Source: Octopus sinensis
Lineage: Eukaryota
Length of the DNA: 64,000 nucleotides
NCBI RefSeq assembly: GCF_006345805.1
Contig: NC_043001.1
Coordinates: forward strand, 56,544,001-56,608,000
Direction of reading: 5' to 3'
Under the pieces are notes generated by a model. That model was not told where the DNA came from and made no database searches. It worked only from the letters and a program-made list of their open reading frames with translations. This document shows, one piece after another, positions 27,015-40,071 of this stretch. The translations under genes were made by a program, and so were the position numbers. Each line of letters starts with the position of its first letter. Position 1 is the first letter of the stretch.

Positions 27015-27250
27015 TATATACTGAGAATGTGTGCGTGTCTGTCTGTGTGTTTCCGTAAAACTTGAGAACTACACACCAATTCCATTCAAATTTTACACAT
27101 GCCTTACTTAGGGTCCATGTAGTTTCGTGGACAAAAAAATGTTCAACTTCTTGCCTAGGCTGAGCCCATAGCAATATCATATCTTCTCCACTATTTCAGT
27201 ATTACGTGTTAAAAGTGAAACAAAAACATTTCTCTATTTTATGTCCGATA
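27015..27250 (+). mobile_element. 5' fragment of a second non-autonomous Helitron-like element
   Basis: gtgtctgtctgtgtgtttccgtaaaacttgagaactacacaccaattccattcaaattttacaca resembles the 5' module of such elements; no 3' CTAG end found. Confidence 0.4.
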
Positions 27251-27954
27251 CTTTCACTTTAACAATAAAAATTAGAGATAATAATAAAAATTGAATTATA
27301 TGTAGTAAGTAATAATTAAAATCAAACTAAAGTATAGCACAATCGTGACATAACAAAAATAAAAATAGCAATTGGTATAAAATTGCATCAATGACTTGAA
27401 CTTGAATAAGTGGTTTCACATGAATGGGAATAAATTAAAACTAAAATTAGTGTGCAGAAGTGGAATAGTCCAGATGGAGCCGTGCACATACCGTTTACTA
27501 CGGCTTTTACATTAGATTATCTGCTAATTAGCTAGCATTAAGTATCAATATGAAGTTTGGCTGTATGTACCGTCTGTTTTCTCGAACAGCCGCTTCTACT
27601 GAGTACTGCTGTTGGATTATTTCTTATACATAAAGGACTATAGCTTCAACTGCGTACTGCTTTTTGATGCACCGTAAGGTTTGTTGTTATTATTATTACT
27701 ATTTAACTATTGTTATCACGTTTGTTGGTTCCTCGTAAGGGAAACGTTGTTGTGTTGCATTTGTTAAATAATTGTAAACTGTAACCCTTCCCCTTTGGGA
27801 GAAGGAGCTTTGGTTATTGTTTAAAAATTGAATTGTGCCCCTGTCTGGGGAAATTGACAATATTTTCACCGTTTATACGGAAGCATTTTTGTTAGAATGA
27901 AAGTCCAAAAATTAATTTCGCTGCAGCCGTCGGCGCGAACTCATTAAAATTAAA

Positions 27955-28400
27955 ATGGAAGAAATACAAACCTATTTCGGATTGATCACCGACAAAGACG
28001 GTGAATCTAGGATAACACCACCAAACGAAATAAAAAATTTAATTAAAGAAAAGACTATTATCTATAAAGTATACAATGTAGAGAAAAAAAAGATTTGAAC
28101 ACCTGGAGGAAAGCACCATCGAAAAGTGTCTTGGTGCGACTATGAAAGATATCTAACCAGAGGTGGTAAATTCGCCACAATAGAAGCAAGGTTCGAGTCA
28201 ACGGAGCGTGCAAGGAAGTACTCGACTCGAACCTTGCAAAGTGGAAATATTTTATTTTCACCTTTATATCTGGGACGCAGGACGTCCCGGATAAAAATTT
28301 AAAATTTCCCCCCAGAAGTAGAGGTAGGCTGGATTGTAGCCACACTTCTATACAAGAGGGAGGACAAGGTACAATTGATCGAAATTGCAAGAGACGGGCC
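27955..28400 (+). pseudogene. LINE ORF1 (gag-like/RRM) 5' fragment, probably L1/Tx1-like
   Basis: ATG at 27955: MEEIQTYFGLITDKDGESRITPPNEIKNLIKEKTIIYKVY...YLTRGGKFATIEARFESTERARKYST...FSPLYLGRRTSRIKI*NFPPEV. Frameshifts and stops present. Preceded by about 400 bp of UTR-like unique DNA. Clade assignment uncertain. Confidence 0.55.
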
Positions 28401-28625
28401 TACAATTCCAGTCTGTTATATATTTTGAGTATTGTTATCATTAGCGATATCAAGATATAACTTTGTATTTTGTATTTTATGTGTAGATGTATATATATAT
28501 ATATGTACATGTAATATGTACACATGTATACATGCACTGGCACTATGACCCGGCAACGACGGGTCATAATGCTAGTACATATATATATATTTATATATAT
28601 GTTTCTCTCTCTCTTCACTCTCTTA

Positions 28626-28672
<47 letters not shown>

Positions 28673-28964
28673 CACGTATGTATATGCATATACTTACATT
28701 CGTTTATTCTTTTATTCGTTTCAGTCATGCAGCTGCTGTCATACTGGAGCACCAACGTATATATTTATGCATATATACACACATACACACGTAGACATAC
28801 AGATAGAGTGAGAAGGAGAAAGAATGAGATAAACAGAGAGAAATAAGTAACTAGATGTGCAGATCGTTAAATATATAGATAAATGAATATACATATATAT
28901 ATATATATATACATTATTTACATTTTTTATTATTTAAATATAGAACTATATATATATGTATACA

Positions 28965-29062
<98 letters not shown>

Positions 29063-29217
29063 GATCAATAATAGATAGATATGTATATAGATAGATATAT
29101 AGATGGAACGATGGATGGATGGTTGGATAAATAGATATTTATCTGTGTTATTAAAGAACTGATATAGGTGTTCTCATGGGGCATGTATTTTCTCCAAGAC
29201 CTAGCACAGATACTTAC

Positions 29218-29329
29218 ATTAAATTTGACATCGAACACTGAATTGCATAGGGAGTTCTTTCCTTGCTCATTTTCCAGTTGAAAGTATCGGACAAATGTAG
29301 CAATTACTCCTACTTGTATAGGAAGTCTC
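29218..29329 (-). CDS. Speculative exon
   Basis: tctttatcAG acceptor and GTAAGT donor in unique DNA. Open frame RLPIQVGVIATFVRYFQLENEQGKNSLCNSVFDVKFN. Protein not recognised. Confidence 0.2.
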
Positions 29330-29989
29330 CTGATAAAGATTTGCTTCTCCACTTCAAATTGGCCTCACCCGATAGCGCTAAAACTTCTTGCATTAACGTG
29401 ATTAATTGTATTGAAAGTAAATGCAACCATGTAGAGAATACGATCTGTATGTCCCGAGATTAAATGGATACCTGGACACATTTACTGGAATAAGACGGAA
29501 ACATGAGGAAAATAAAAAAAAGGAAAAAAGAGCAAATGTATTAAGTAAAGTCCAGAGCACCTGATACTTGAGGATCCCACGCTTAAGAAACCATGTCACT
29601 TATGGGATTAGTTCGGCAATAAAGAGAGAAAGGTTGAATATATATAACTCACTCATTTCACCACTTATTTGTGAAATAGCTTTCTGATTCTGATAGACTA
29701 TGTACACAATTGGAAACTGAGATGCATACTATCAAGGCTATAAATGTATGTATGTATGAGTGTATGAATGTATGTATTTGCGTGTCTATGTATGTATGTG
29801 TGTGTATGTACTTATGTATATATGTATGCATACATATATATATATATATATATATATACACGTACATACATTTATATGTATTATGATATATACGTCAAAC
29901 AATCAGTACACAATATATATACAAAGACACAGACACGTACATGAATCTATTTCTTTGAGACTGTGTGCGTGTATATATATATGTATTTG

Positions 29990-30037
<48 letters not shown>

Positions 30038-30069
30038 ATATAATATTATATATTATACATATATATATG

Positions 30070-30101
<32 letters not shown>

Positions 30102-31075
30102 TTATGCATAAATGCAAATATATTTTTATGTGTGGATATATATATATATATATACACACACACGTGTGTATAAATATATGTAAATTCTATTGATCGCTTG
30201 ACGACGTGTGAAAATACGAATGTACACACATGGACACATACACACACACATACACACTCATACAAATAAATGCCTGACGTATCAAATTTTGCTCACGCAT
30301 TACTATCAGGCTGTTCCATATAGAGATTCAATAGCGCATAAACATGCCAGCCTTATCTGTTAAAAACAACATTTAGAGATCTACTAGAATACAGAATTGC
30401 ATTGTTTTTATTAATCATGGTCTTTGATATGAACATCAATAACTTGTATATTAACGAAGCTAGCCACGTTAGGCGCTTAGAAACGCAACTCTGCAATTGT
30501 AATGGGTTTCTAAATTGGCGGAAATTCATTGTATGATTCAAATAGCACAATTATCTCATCTCTCCACCAGGCTGAAATTTTCTGCACATATCGTAACATT
30601 ATTTTCTGTTGTTCAATATTAACATTAACATTACATTTTGAATGTTTCAATTCTCAATTAGAGCTTGATAGAGCTGAAATAATGAATAAACTAATTTTTC
30701 TCAACGTTCCGTATTGTTTTGTTAGCTTTCATAACTTTCTTATACGCATACATAATTAAGTTTCCTACACTGATACTGTCTTAGCAATACGTTTTAGATT
30801 GGTTCAATAATTATATGCAAAGTTCGTAAACCAACTTAATGTTGCGATCTGGTTATATTTTAACTTATGTTTAGATAGCATAGATCGTGAATTGCTTTTC
30901 CTATCCAATAAATAAATAAATAAATAAATGAAATAAAAAAATAAGAGGATATAATTGAAGTATTAGCAACACTTAAGCCGTCTTCGAAGAATCAGAAATA
31001 ACTTGCCGACTGATTCACTATATGATAGTGAAGAAATATTTTCCTATGTATGTATGTATGTATGTATGTATGTAT

Positions 31076-31401
31076 GGTGAAGGCGCGTGGCTTAGTGGTT
31101 AGGGCATTCGGCTCATGATCGTAAGGTCATGAGTTCAATCCCCGGTGGCGCGTTGTGTCCTTCAGCAAGACACTTTATTTCACGTTGCTCCAGTACACTC
31201 AGCTGGCATAAATGAGTAGTACCTGTATTTCAAAGGGGCAGCATTGTCACACTCTGTGTCATGCTGAATCTCCCCGAGAACTACGTTAAGGGTACACGTG
31301 TTTGTGGAGTGCTCAGCCACTTGCACGTTAATTTCACGAGCAAGCTGGTCCGTTGATCGTATCAGCTGCGACCTACGTCGTCGCAACCGACGGAGTGCTC
31401 C
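31076..31401 (+). mobile_element. Full-length tRNA-derived SINE flanked by (TATG)n
   Basis: A box TGGCTTAGTGG (31088), B box GAGTTCAATCC (31131), central gtgtccttcagcaagacactttatttcacgttgctccag. Homologous to 63529-63850. Confidence 0.9.
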
Positions 31402-31530
31402 TTATGTATGTATGTATGTATGTATGTATGTATGTATGTATGTATGTATGTATGTATGTATGTATGTATGTATGTATGTATGTATGTATGTATGTATGTA
31501 TGTATGTATGTATGTATGTATGTATGTATG

Positions 31531-32640
31531 TATTATTCAGTTTTACTTCAAGATTTCTTGCCTATATAGAAAGAGCCGGTTTCTGACATAGCTCCAAGGC
31601 TCCCTCATTGGAATTTCAACATCAACAACAGGGTATTTTTGTATGTATGTATGTATGTATGTATGTATGTATGTATGTATGTATGTATGTATGCATGAAT
31701 GTATGTGTGCAGATTTGTATATTTTATTTTACGTATGTATTCTCATGTATATACTTACATATCTAGACATGCTAAAGATATACTTAAATGATAAACTTCT
31801 GGAAAATTTTACAGACTTTTACAGTTACAGTGATGGATAGGATCTGTAGTCTTTGAATTAGCTGTCTCGTTTCTGGTTTTGGGAAGCCTAATTTCTCAAG
31901 ATTGGTATTTAGGCTGTGTATTGCATATTCCCGGGTCCCAATAGTTACATGTATAAATCTGAACTTGTAATCTGGATAGACAAACTGCAGATATTTCAAT
32001 AGTTCGGCGTAGGTATTCACTTTTTCACTGATCTTCTGCTTTATGTTAACATCCGCTGGACAGCTAATTTTCACAACTGTACACAGTTTCTCTTCTCTAT
32101 CCTAAATCATTATATCAGTTTAGTTGTGCTTACATTTTATTGAGATTTTCACTGGGACATTCCACCAGTACTCCTTTTTTATTATGAGTGGCAATGGTTT
32201 CTACCATACTGTGGGTTCTTATTTCTTTGTCCTCGGGTATATCCTTCCAACGGATTTCAATATAGAGTGTCCTAGCTACATCACATCCCATCGGTAAATA
32301 ATACCGTGGTGACATTTTCGGACGACTGCTTATGATGTGGGTGATATTTTGTGTTAACTCCACAAAGTCTGCACCGGTTGTCACATTTTACTGCTTTTCC
32401 TGCATCACTGTCGCTTTTGTGCATTAGGTATTTCCTGTTCCTGGATTGCAAACGCATGCCCTTCCAAGAGCGGGGTATTGATCCGGCTATTGGTTCTACG
32501 ATAAACTGATTGGATAATCAATGTTACTGTCATCTCTGAGCTTTTTACTATCTTATCCTTGCATCGTCTTCTGCTCATATACGTTCATCCTTTCATCTGA
32601 TGACCCGTTGCGGTAGAGTCGTGCAACTTCTTTGGGCATG
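31531..32640 (-). mobile_element. 5'-truncated R4/Dong-like (RLE) non-LTR retrotransposon
   Basis: FAIQEQEI, zinc-knuckle remnant ITHIISSRPKMSPRYYLPM, RLE C-terminus ISCPADVNIKQKISEKVNTYAELL...IGTREY...LEKLGF...ITVTVKVCKIFQKFII*. The 3' UTR runs into (TACA)n. Confidence 0.85.
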
Positions 32641-32699
32641 TATGTATGCATGGGTGTGTGTATGTACGTCTTCATGTCTGCATGTGTGAGTGTGTGTAA

Positions 32700-33420
32700 C
32701 TGTGTGTATGTGAGTGTATTTACCCATTCAAAATATAACCGCCATCGTTAACAATAACATTTCCCCACCTGGAAATTAGTCTTCTGATTCCTCGAGAAAA
32801 AAATCCGGTTTTTAGTAACGAAAAAAATGTTTGGGTTGCAGTTTCGACATCGTCCCTACTTCTGAAAGTTTTTGCACTGGTGATGTGTTCAAGTGATCTG
32901 AATAAGTGAAAATGTGAGGGTGCATGATCTGGTGATTATGGAGGTTGAGGTAGAGCTCGTCAGCCAAAGCAATTTATCGGTGTTTTGGTTATTTCGCTGA
33001 ATATGGCTTTGCATTATCATGTTGCAGGAGGAAGTACCCACTTCACATCTCTATACACTTTCCCAATCCGCTTCAGATGGTCTTCCACAGTTAACCGGGT
33101 GTTATCAAGCCTCTGCGATAAGCTCTAGACACTCTGACGCACATCCTTCTCATTGCTGTTTCACGCATCATTGCTAAGGACAGTAGGCCTTTTTGGTCAA
33201 TACCCATCCAAAACGTCGAAATGTTTAACATATGCGAACACTCCGACCAAAAGGATATGCAGTACATATATTTTATCTTTCAAATGTTGCATTGTTGCCC
33301 TCACGAAACTCGTAAGTCATGCAATGCCAAATATGCAGCTCACTAATCATGTGTCTGCTTTTCATTCGCTATCAAATAGAGCATCTACACCTATATGACA
33401 TTTAGTCATTAGCCCTGTGC
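32700..33420 (-). mobile_element. Old, internally deleted mariner relic
   Basis: YEFREGNNAT (N-terminal HTH), LQHDNAKPYSA (cf. HDNARPH) and P*SPDHAPSHFHLFRSL (cf. PYSPDLAPSDYHLFRSL) in the correct order, with most of the middle missing. Confidence 0.7.
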
Positions 33421-34816
33421 TGATCGGTTGATTACAATGACACCTTCAATCGGCTTGAAGACTATTTGTGACATGACCTCAGATTATTTGCTTGAAAATA
33501 TGACATTACTTATCAACACTCTTGATATACATGTGTGTGCATGTGTATGTTAGTTCGTGTTTGTGTGAATATATATATTATATATATATATATATATATT
33601 CATAGAAGTATTATGTGTGCTATTTTGTATGCGCTTGCATATATTTCTGAACAGCCACTATGAAATATTGATGTACATTTGACCATAAATATATGTATGT
33701 ACGTAAGTTTAAACTACACACCTGCCAATGCAATGTGAAATGTATGTAGAACTAGAATATGACATCGCCTTTATGCTATATTAAACTACCAAATCAATCT
33801 CGAATTAAATTTGATTTGCTTGAAGCTGTATTTTGTTGTGCCTTTAGATCAGAGGTAATACGGCATATTTCATTTTAATAAACTATCGTGAATATGTAAC
33901 TGATAACCACGGAATGTTACCTATTATCCAAAAGAAGATTTGCTACTTATCCAGTCGACGCTATAAAGCCGTTGCAAAAATATCGACCCTTCAAAATTGG
34001 TAGGGATTTATATGACATTAAGCAGTGGAACACAATCCACTGCTGTCAGAAGCTAAGAATCCAGAACTGTTAGAATTTGTCTCGCTTGCTTTTCCGGTCA
34101 GAGAATATTTTTAATTAACACTTAACATTTTCCCGTAAACAGCATCATTAACTTTGGTTGGTTATTTTTGATATTAGACTGCTTTATAATTAAATTATCC
34201 ATAACATGTCTGCCGTAGTATATCTATTTGTACTGTCGTATCGTTAAATGTAGAATATTTGTCTTTGTATAGGTTACAAATATGAAAAAGTTCCCGAGTC
34301 TCTTTGATTTTATTACAGCTTTATACAAAAAGAAAACAAACAAAACACAAAGAGGAATTTGTTGGAATATGAAGAAATCGACGCAAGTCAAACAACCCAT
34401 AAAATTAAGAACAAGTATTTTTGAGAAGTGACTTTCAAATTAAGGTTGGCAGAGAAGCAGGAACAACACATTGTATATAGAGATTGTATATATAAATATA
34501 TATAAATGTTACAATATAATGAGCTGCATTCCTTTTGTTCCGAGTTCCAGTTTTACAAAGATCGGCTTTGGCTACACATCTACTTGAAATTGATAAAATA
34601 TTCCAAGCCAGTTACTTGAAGATGATTAAATCGATTACCAAGAACACTCACCTTACTACATATTCAATATAAACAGCTTTTTGCCAATGTTATATCAACA
34701 ATGATACTTAATCACTTTCATTCCGAGGTGAATATTTCTTCTGTGGTGTGTGAGTGTGTGTGTGTGTGACACTTTTAGGGTTTTAACTTGAGACATATTC
34801 ATTTAAAAAGCACTTA

Positions 34817-36108
34817 CGAGGGGCGTTCAATAAGTAATGCCCCTGACCCACTTTCCATAGCAGTAGAGCAACGAAACTTGGCACAGTTATTAGTCTTTTT
34901 CTACATAGGAACCACCCAGAGTTACGCATTTCTCCCATCGTTTGATGCAGCTCTGGAGACCGTTTTTGTAGAAGACCCCAGCTTGGTCCTCCAGCCATGA
35001 CGTGACTTCAGAAATCAAGGCTGCATCATCTGGGAAACGCTTTCCTTTCAAAGACAACTTCATGGCTGGGAAGAGGTGAAAATCAGAGGGTGCAAGGTCA
35101 GGAAAGTAGGGGGGATGGGGGAGAAGTCCATAGCTGCACGCCTGTGCTTCTGATCTGGCGACATGCGAGTTGTGGACCGGAGAGTTGTCCTGCAGGAGGA
35201 GGATGCATTTGCTGATCTTGCCCCGCCTCTTGATTTTGATAGCTTCTCTTAATTTCCTCAAAAGTGAAGCATAATAGGCTCCTGTAATTGTGGTACCCTT
35301 TGCCAGGAAATCTGTCATCACTACTCCGTCCTGGTCCCAGAAAACTGTGAGCATGACCATGCCAGCGGAGGGCTGAAACCCTGCTTTCTTTGGAGGAGGT
35401 GAGTCACGGTGCTTCCACTGCATTGACTGGGCTTTGGTCTCTGGATCATAATGATGGACCCAGGTTTCATCCTGTGTAATCAGTCTTTTGAAAAATTTTG
35501 ACTCATCTTCTTGGCACATCTCCAAATTCATCCTTGAGCACTCGACACGTTCTTACTTCTGAAAAGGTGTGAGCAACGTGGAAATCCATCTGGCAGACAC
35601 CTTTTGCATATGCAAATGGTCATGAAGGATAGTTTCCACAGACCCGGTACTAATCTTGACCTCATGGGCAATTTGGCAAATAGTTATGCGTCGATCTTCC
35701 AAAATGGCAGCCTCAACTTGACGGACAGATGCCTCATCAATGGCAGAAGGGGGCGACGAGATCTGGGAGCTGTTTCCACAGAGGTCTGATCATGTTTGAA
35801 TTTACGGTGCCATCGATTTACAAGGTCATATGATGGGGCATCATCACCATAAATTACTTTCATTTCATCAAAAGTCTTCCGTGGTATGCGTCCTTTCAAA
35901 TACAAAAATCGGATCACTGCTCGACACTCAACAGGCTCCATTTCACACTTGACTCAGTTCAAACACCTGTAAATCAGAAACCACAATTAATTCAGAGCTG
36001 TAATTTGCCACTTAATCTACAGAGATATGAATAATTGCACATGCAAAATTTCAGCTAGATCAAACAACTGCAAGTGGGTCAGAGGCATTACTTATTAAAC
36101 GTCCCTCG
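34817..36108 (-). mobile_element. Full-length mariner DNA transposon (DD34D, irritans/Himar-like)
   Basis: TIRs CGAGGGGCGTTCAATAAGTAATGCCCCTGACCCACTT (34817) and its inverse ending at 36108 (3 mismatches). TA target duplication at 34815-16 and 36109-10. Length 1292 bp. Confidence 0.97.
34890..35941 (-). pseudogene. Mariner transposase pseudogene
   Basis: MEPVECRAVIRFL..., VSARWI, TQDETWVHHYDPE, FWDQDG, LLQDN-(34 aa)-PDLAPSD, GGSYVEKD*. One frameshift near 35748 and one in-frame TAA at 35555-35553. Confidence 0.95.
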
Positions 36109-36128
36109 TACAAGGGGGAAAAGGAGTC

Positions 36129-36182
<54 letters not shown>

Positions 36183-36769
36183 TAATAATAACGATAATAA
36201 TAATAACTAGTGCCCCTGCTAGCTTCTTAGGTAGTTGAAAGTTTATATAGAACCATAAAAATTAGTGTTTCTTTAGAAATTGTTTATGTGCATGATTTTC
36301 ATTAAAGAAACTTATCTCATTGCTTCTGGATAAGGTTACGATTGAGGAAGCATGACTTTTTCATTCTCTCAGCAATTCAGAGGCCCATTCCTAAATCCAA
36401 GAGTTTCACAATGATTACAGAGAATACTCTTGTCATCAACGTTGCAACTTTCAACTATAATCTTACCGTCTTTTGGCGTTCTGTCTTATTTTCATATTCT
36501 GTCTTATCTTGAACGTGGTATCTTATCTATTTAAAACAAATGTATTCTCTTTGGTAAGTATTTTCCCTTACTGCTACTGTGCATTTCTAGTGATTCGATT
36601 CTCTGCTTCTCTCTAAGTCGTTGCCTATGCTGCCCTCTTATTTCGTCTCTTGTTAGCTTAAGTCGTCGGCCATCCATATTTTACTAGCTGGACCCGGGAA
36701 AAATTCACGGAAAACATTAAAAATGTAAGCATCTGTAAACAGTGTACTGGTACCATGAGAAATGTTTGT

Positions 36770-36925
36770 ATATTATGACTGTCTGTCTTTACGTTCTAAG
36801 TTCAAATTCTGCTGAGGTCGACTTTGCATTTCGTCCTTTGGAGCTCGATAAATTAAGTACCAGTTGTGTACTGGGGTCGATGTAATCAACTGGCCCCCTC
36901 CCCACAGAAATTTCAGGCCTAGAAA
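36770..36925 (+). mobile_element. SINE copy
   Basis: tacgttctaagttcaaattctgctgaggtcgac...aattaagtaccag...aaatttcaggcct. Confidence 0.8.
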
Positions 36926-37089
36926 AGTATATTGTGACTGTTACAGAATGTATAACACCAATGACTATATAATCCAACCAAAATATCTCAGTTACACAAA
37001 CGTAAACGGAATTACTATTTAACCTTAGAATACATGGTACATATTCAAAGACCTTTTTAGGTTTAGGTACGGAACGTTTTACTGGTACT

Positions 37090-37290
37090 CTTTTTTTGTT
37101 TCACTTGTTTCAGTCATTTGACGGTGGCCATGCTAGAGCACCCTCTTTAGTCGAAGAAATTCACCCTTGGACTTATTGCCTGTAAGCCTGGTGCTTATTC
37201 TGTCAGTCTCTTCTGCTGAACAGCTAAATTACAGAGACGCAAACGCACCAACTGTGAAGCAATGGTGGTGGTGGGAAAACACCACACACA
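37090..37290 (-). mobile_element. CORE-type SINE 3' half
   Basis: ttgtttcagtcatttgacggtggccatgctagagcacc is the reverse complement of the 3' end of the 58871 copy. Confidence 0.75.
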
Positions 37291-37458
37291 CACATATATA
37301 TAATATATATGTATATATATAATATATATATATATTATATATATATAATGTGTGTGTGTGTGGTGTGTGTGTATGTATATATGTATATATATATATGATT
37401 CGCTAGCCTCTGGACGCATTTTTTTTCTTCCTACTTTCTGTGTTTCTTCTCTGTGTAT

Positions 37459-37494
37459 TTTTCTGTTGAAGAGCGTAGGCTCGAAACGTTAAAG
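37459..37494 (+). ncRNA. Minimal type I hammerhead-like motif (A6U defective) in a ~190-bp pLTR-like repeat (37400-37590)
   Basis: UUUU-CUGUUGA-A-GAGC(GUAG)GCUC-GAAA-CGU-U-AAAG. Same architecture as 44344; the unit ends in (TA)n. Confidence 0.5.
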
Positions 37495-37591
37495 ACTTGT
37501 TTTATTTATATTTCCTGAGCGCCATACTAATACAATTTTGTTTGTATTCCACCTGCCTTCGTCTTTTGTCTATTTTCATAAAGCTTCCCGT

Positions 37592-37653
<62 letters not shown>

Positions 37654-37889
37654 ATGTGTGTGTGTTTCTTTATTAGCCACACAGGGCTGAACACAGACGG
37701 GACGGACTTAGAGTTAGTGGTGATAATGGCTGGCACGATTTTTTGGTTTGCTGCTTTGCCGAGAGAGATCCAGGGCAGAATCATATACATACAAACATAC
37801 ACATACATGCACGCACATACACAAACACATACCTAGAGAGAAAGGCTGACAGACAGTAAGTGTCAGATAGTTGACAACGAAGTTTTCAC

Positions 37890-37941
<52 letters not shown>

Positions 37942-38316
37942 CTCTCTTAGTCCTTCTCTGAAACATTTAAAGACAAAACTTACGCCGTCACCACTCACTG
38001 TCTCTATCTCTTTCTGTCTCACTCTCTCCCTCTGTCCCGCTTTCTCTCTTACTTCCTCTCTGTCCTCCTCTCTCTTGCTTTACCACTCCTTTGAAGTGTG
38101 ACATACAGCACAGGTACGTACAAAAACAAAAAGATAGCTTAGTAATATTATTGATAAACAAATACCACTTTTCAAGCGAGTAGACGATAAATAATTACAC
38201 TTACGCGCATGCATTAAGTGATGGGATACACATAAAAAAATTTAGCTCAATAAAAATAAACAACAATTTTCACTATCCAGTCATCACCACGTTTCTACCA
38301 CAATCATCATAATCGC

Positions 38317-38366
<50 letters not shown>

Positions 38367-38803
38367 CCATTATAATTTTCAGAAACAATATATATATATA
38401 ATTTTCAGAAACAATATAAGTTGTTTGCTAATCAAGAATATTTTAATTTCATTTCAGTTCAGTTGTTTGTTTCACATCTACTCTTCTTGTGGTTCATGTA
38501 TCGATCTACTCTGACAATACAAAGTTTAGATAACACATGCAAAAAAAAAAAAAGAAACATCTACAAATATATTGCTTTCATTGAAAAAAACTTCCTATCT
38601 TCCTATCTATGAAAAGTTTATTATCCTATCTAGTATAACTTTTCTTTCTACCGTCTACTCGTTGATGTATTTGTCAATATGGATAGACAGATTGATAAAA
38701 AGATTGACATATAAAAGATATAAAAATCGAATATTATAATGTTACCTTTTGGTCAGTCACAATACTATATGTTGTTTAAAATTTCCCTCTGCTAGACAAT
38801 TTA

Positions 38804-38847
<44 letters not shown>

Positions 38848-39036
38848 GCAGAATCCCTGAAATTTTGGGTGGCTATGCGACTATATCGTCTCAAGTTCCT
38901 AACTTGTTATTATTTTATGAATCCCAAAAGGATGAAAGGCATAAACGTCGACAGAGTTTGAACATAAAAACAGACCAAATACCGCTAAGTCTTGTTTCGT
39001 ACGGTGAGCTAACGATTCTGCCAACTCACAGTTTAA

Positions 39037-39044
<8 letters not shown>

Positions 39045-39080
<36 letters not shown>

Positions 39081-39105
39081 ATAATAATAATAATAATAAT
39101 AATAA

Positions 39106-39136
<31 letters not shown>

Positions 39137-39290
39137 AAGAAGAAGAATATTAAGAAGTAAAAGAAGAAGAAGAAGAAGAACAAGAACAAGAACAAGAACA
39201 AGAACAAGAACAAGAACAAGAACAACAACAATAACAACAGCAACAACAACATCAACAAAAGCCAATAATAACAATCATAAAACATCGATG
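39045..39290. repeat. Stepwise compound microsatellite (TAC)n-(TAA)n-(AGA)n-(AAGAAC)n
   Basis: Direct inspection. Confidence 0.95.
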
Positions 39291-39419
39291 TCCAAAAAGG
39301 ACTGAGATAGTGGGAGAACTGATAGAGAAGAAAAAGAACACAACAAACAAATAGAAAGAAATGGAATTGCATAGCCAATTCCTGCAATAAACTATAAGCC
39401 GTTCAGGACCAAGTCATTA

Positions 39420-39965
39420 GGAAAAGATCATCAAAATTCAGTCAGACAGCAAATGCAGGATTTTTCATTTGTTGTATCACTGAGTTTACATTCTGAGTGA
39501 GTGCAGTATACAAACACGAAAGGAGTATAAGCACAGTCATGATTGTATAGGCAAAAATATGTGTGGTCTCAAAACAAAAGAAGAGGTATGAGCACGAAAC
39601 CGAGGCTGTGATAGAAAATTGAAAATTACTTCGCCATAAAGACTTAGTATACTACAGAAGTAAGAAAACAAGATATGATTATAGAGAACAAAATAAACAA
39701 ACAACGTAAGATTATAGACGTTCCAATTTTGTACAAGAGTCGATACCAAAGAAATTGTAAATAAACTTGAGAAATACCAGGATCTAGTCAGAGAACTGAG
39801 GAGGCTGTGGAAATCCAATACAGCAATTATTCTTGCAGAAATTGGTGAAGTTGTTACAAAAAGATGAAAGCGATTGGAATTGAAACTCGCTTTGTCAACC
39901 GGCAGGATAGCACGATCTTATATATTCTGCACGAATATCGGAAAAGATCCTTGAGATTTGAGAAA
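39420..39965 (+). mobile_element. R4/Dong-like RLE 3' fragment with (TAA)n tail
   Basis: aaacttgagaaataccaggatctagtcagagaactgaggaggctgtgg = KLEKYQDLVRELRRLW. Upstream YEHE.EAVIEN and downstream SARI..KILEI remnants. Followed by (AAT)n from about 40017. Confidence 0.8.
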
Positions 39966-39999
39966 ATTGTCACCAAACTTCAAGTTAAAATGTCAGCTA

Positions 40000-40024
40000 A
40001 ACTAGCATACACAGCGAAATAATA

Positions 40025-40071
<47 letters not shown>

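Noticed and set aside
30377-30530. Plus-strand open segment DLLEYRIALFLLIMVFDMNINNLYINEASHVRRLETQLCNCNGFLNWRKFI with AG/GT borders
   Set aside because: Weak acceptor, no recognisable homology and no supported partner exon.
31081-31150. tRNA gene (also 22760-22830 and 63530-63600)
   Set aside because: A and B boxes are present, but the sequence continues directly into a SINE body shared by several copies.
34890-35941. Domesticated SETMAR-like gene
   Set aside because: TIRs and TA duplication are intact, the ORF is disrupted and there is no SET exon; it is an ordinary transposon copy.
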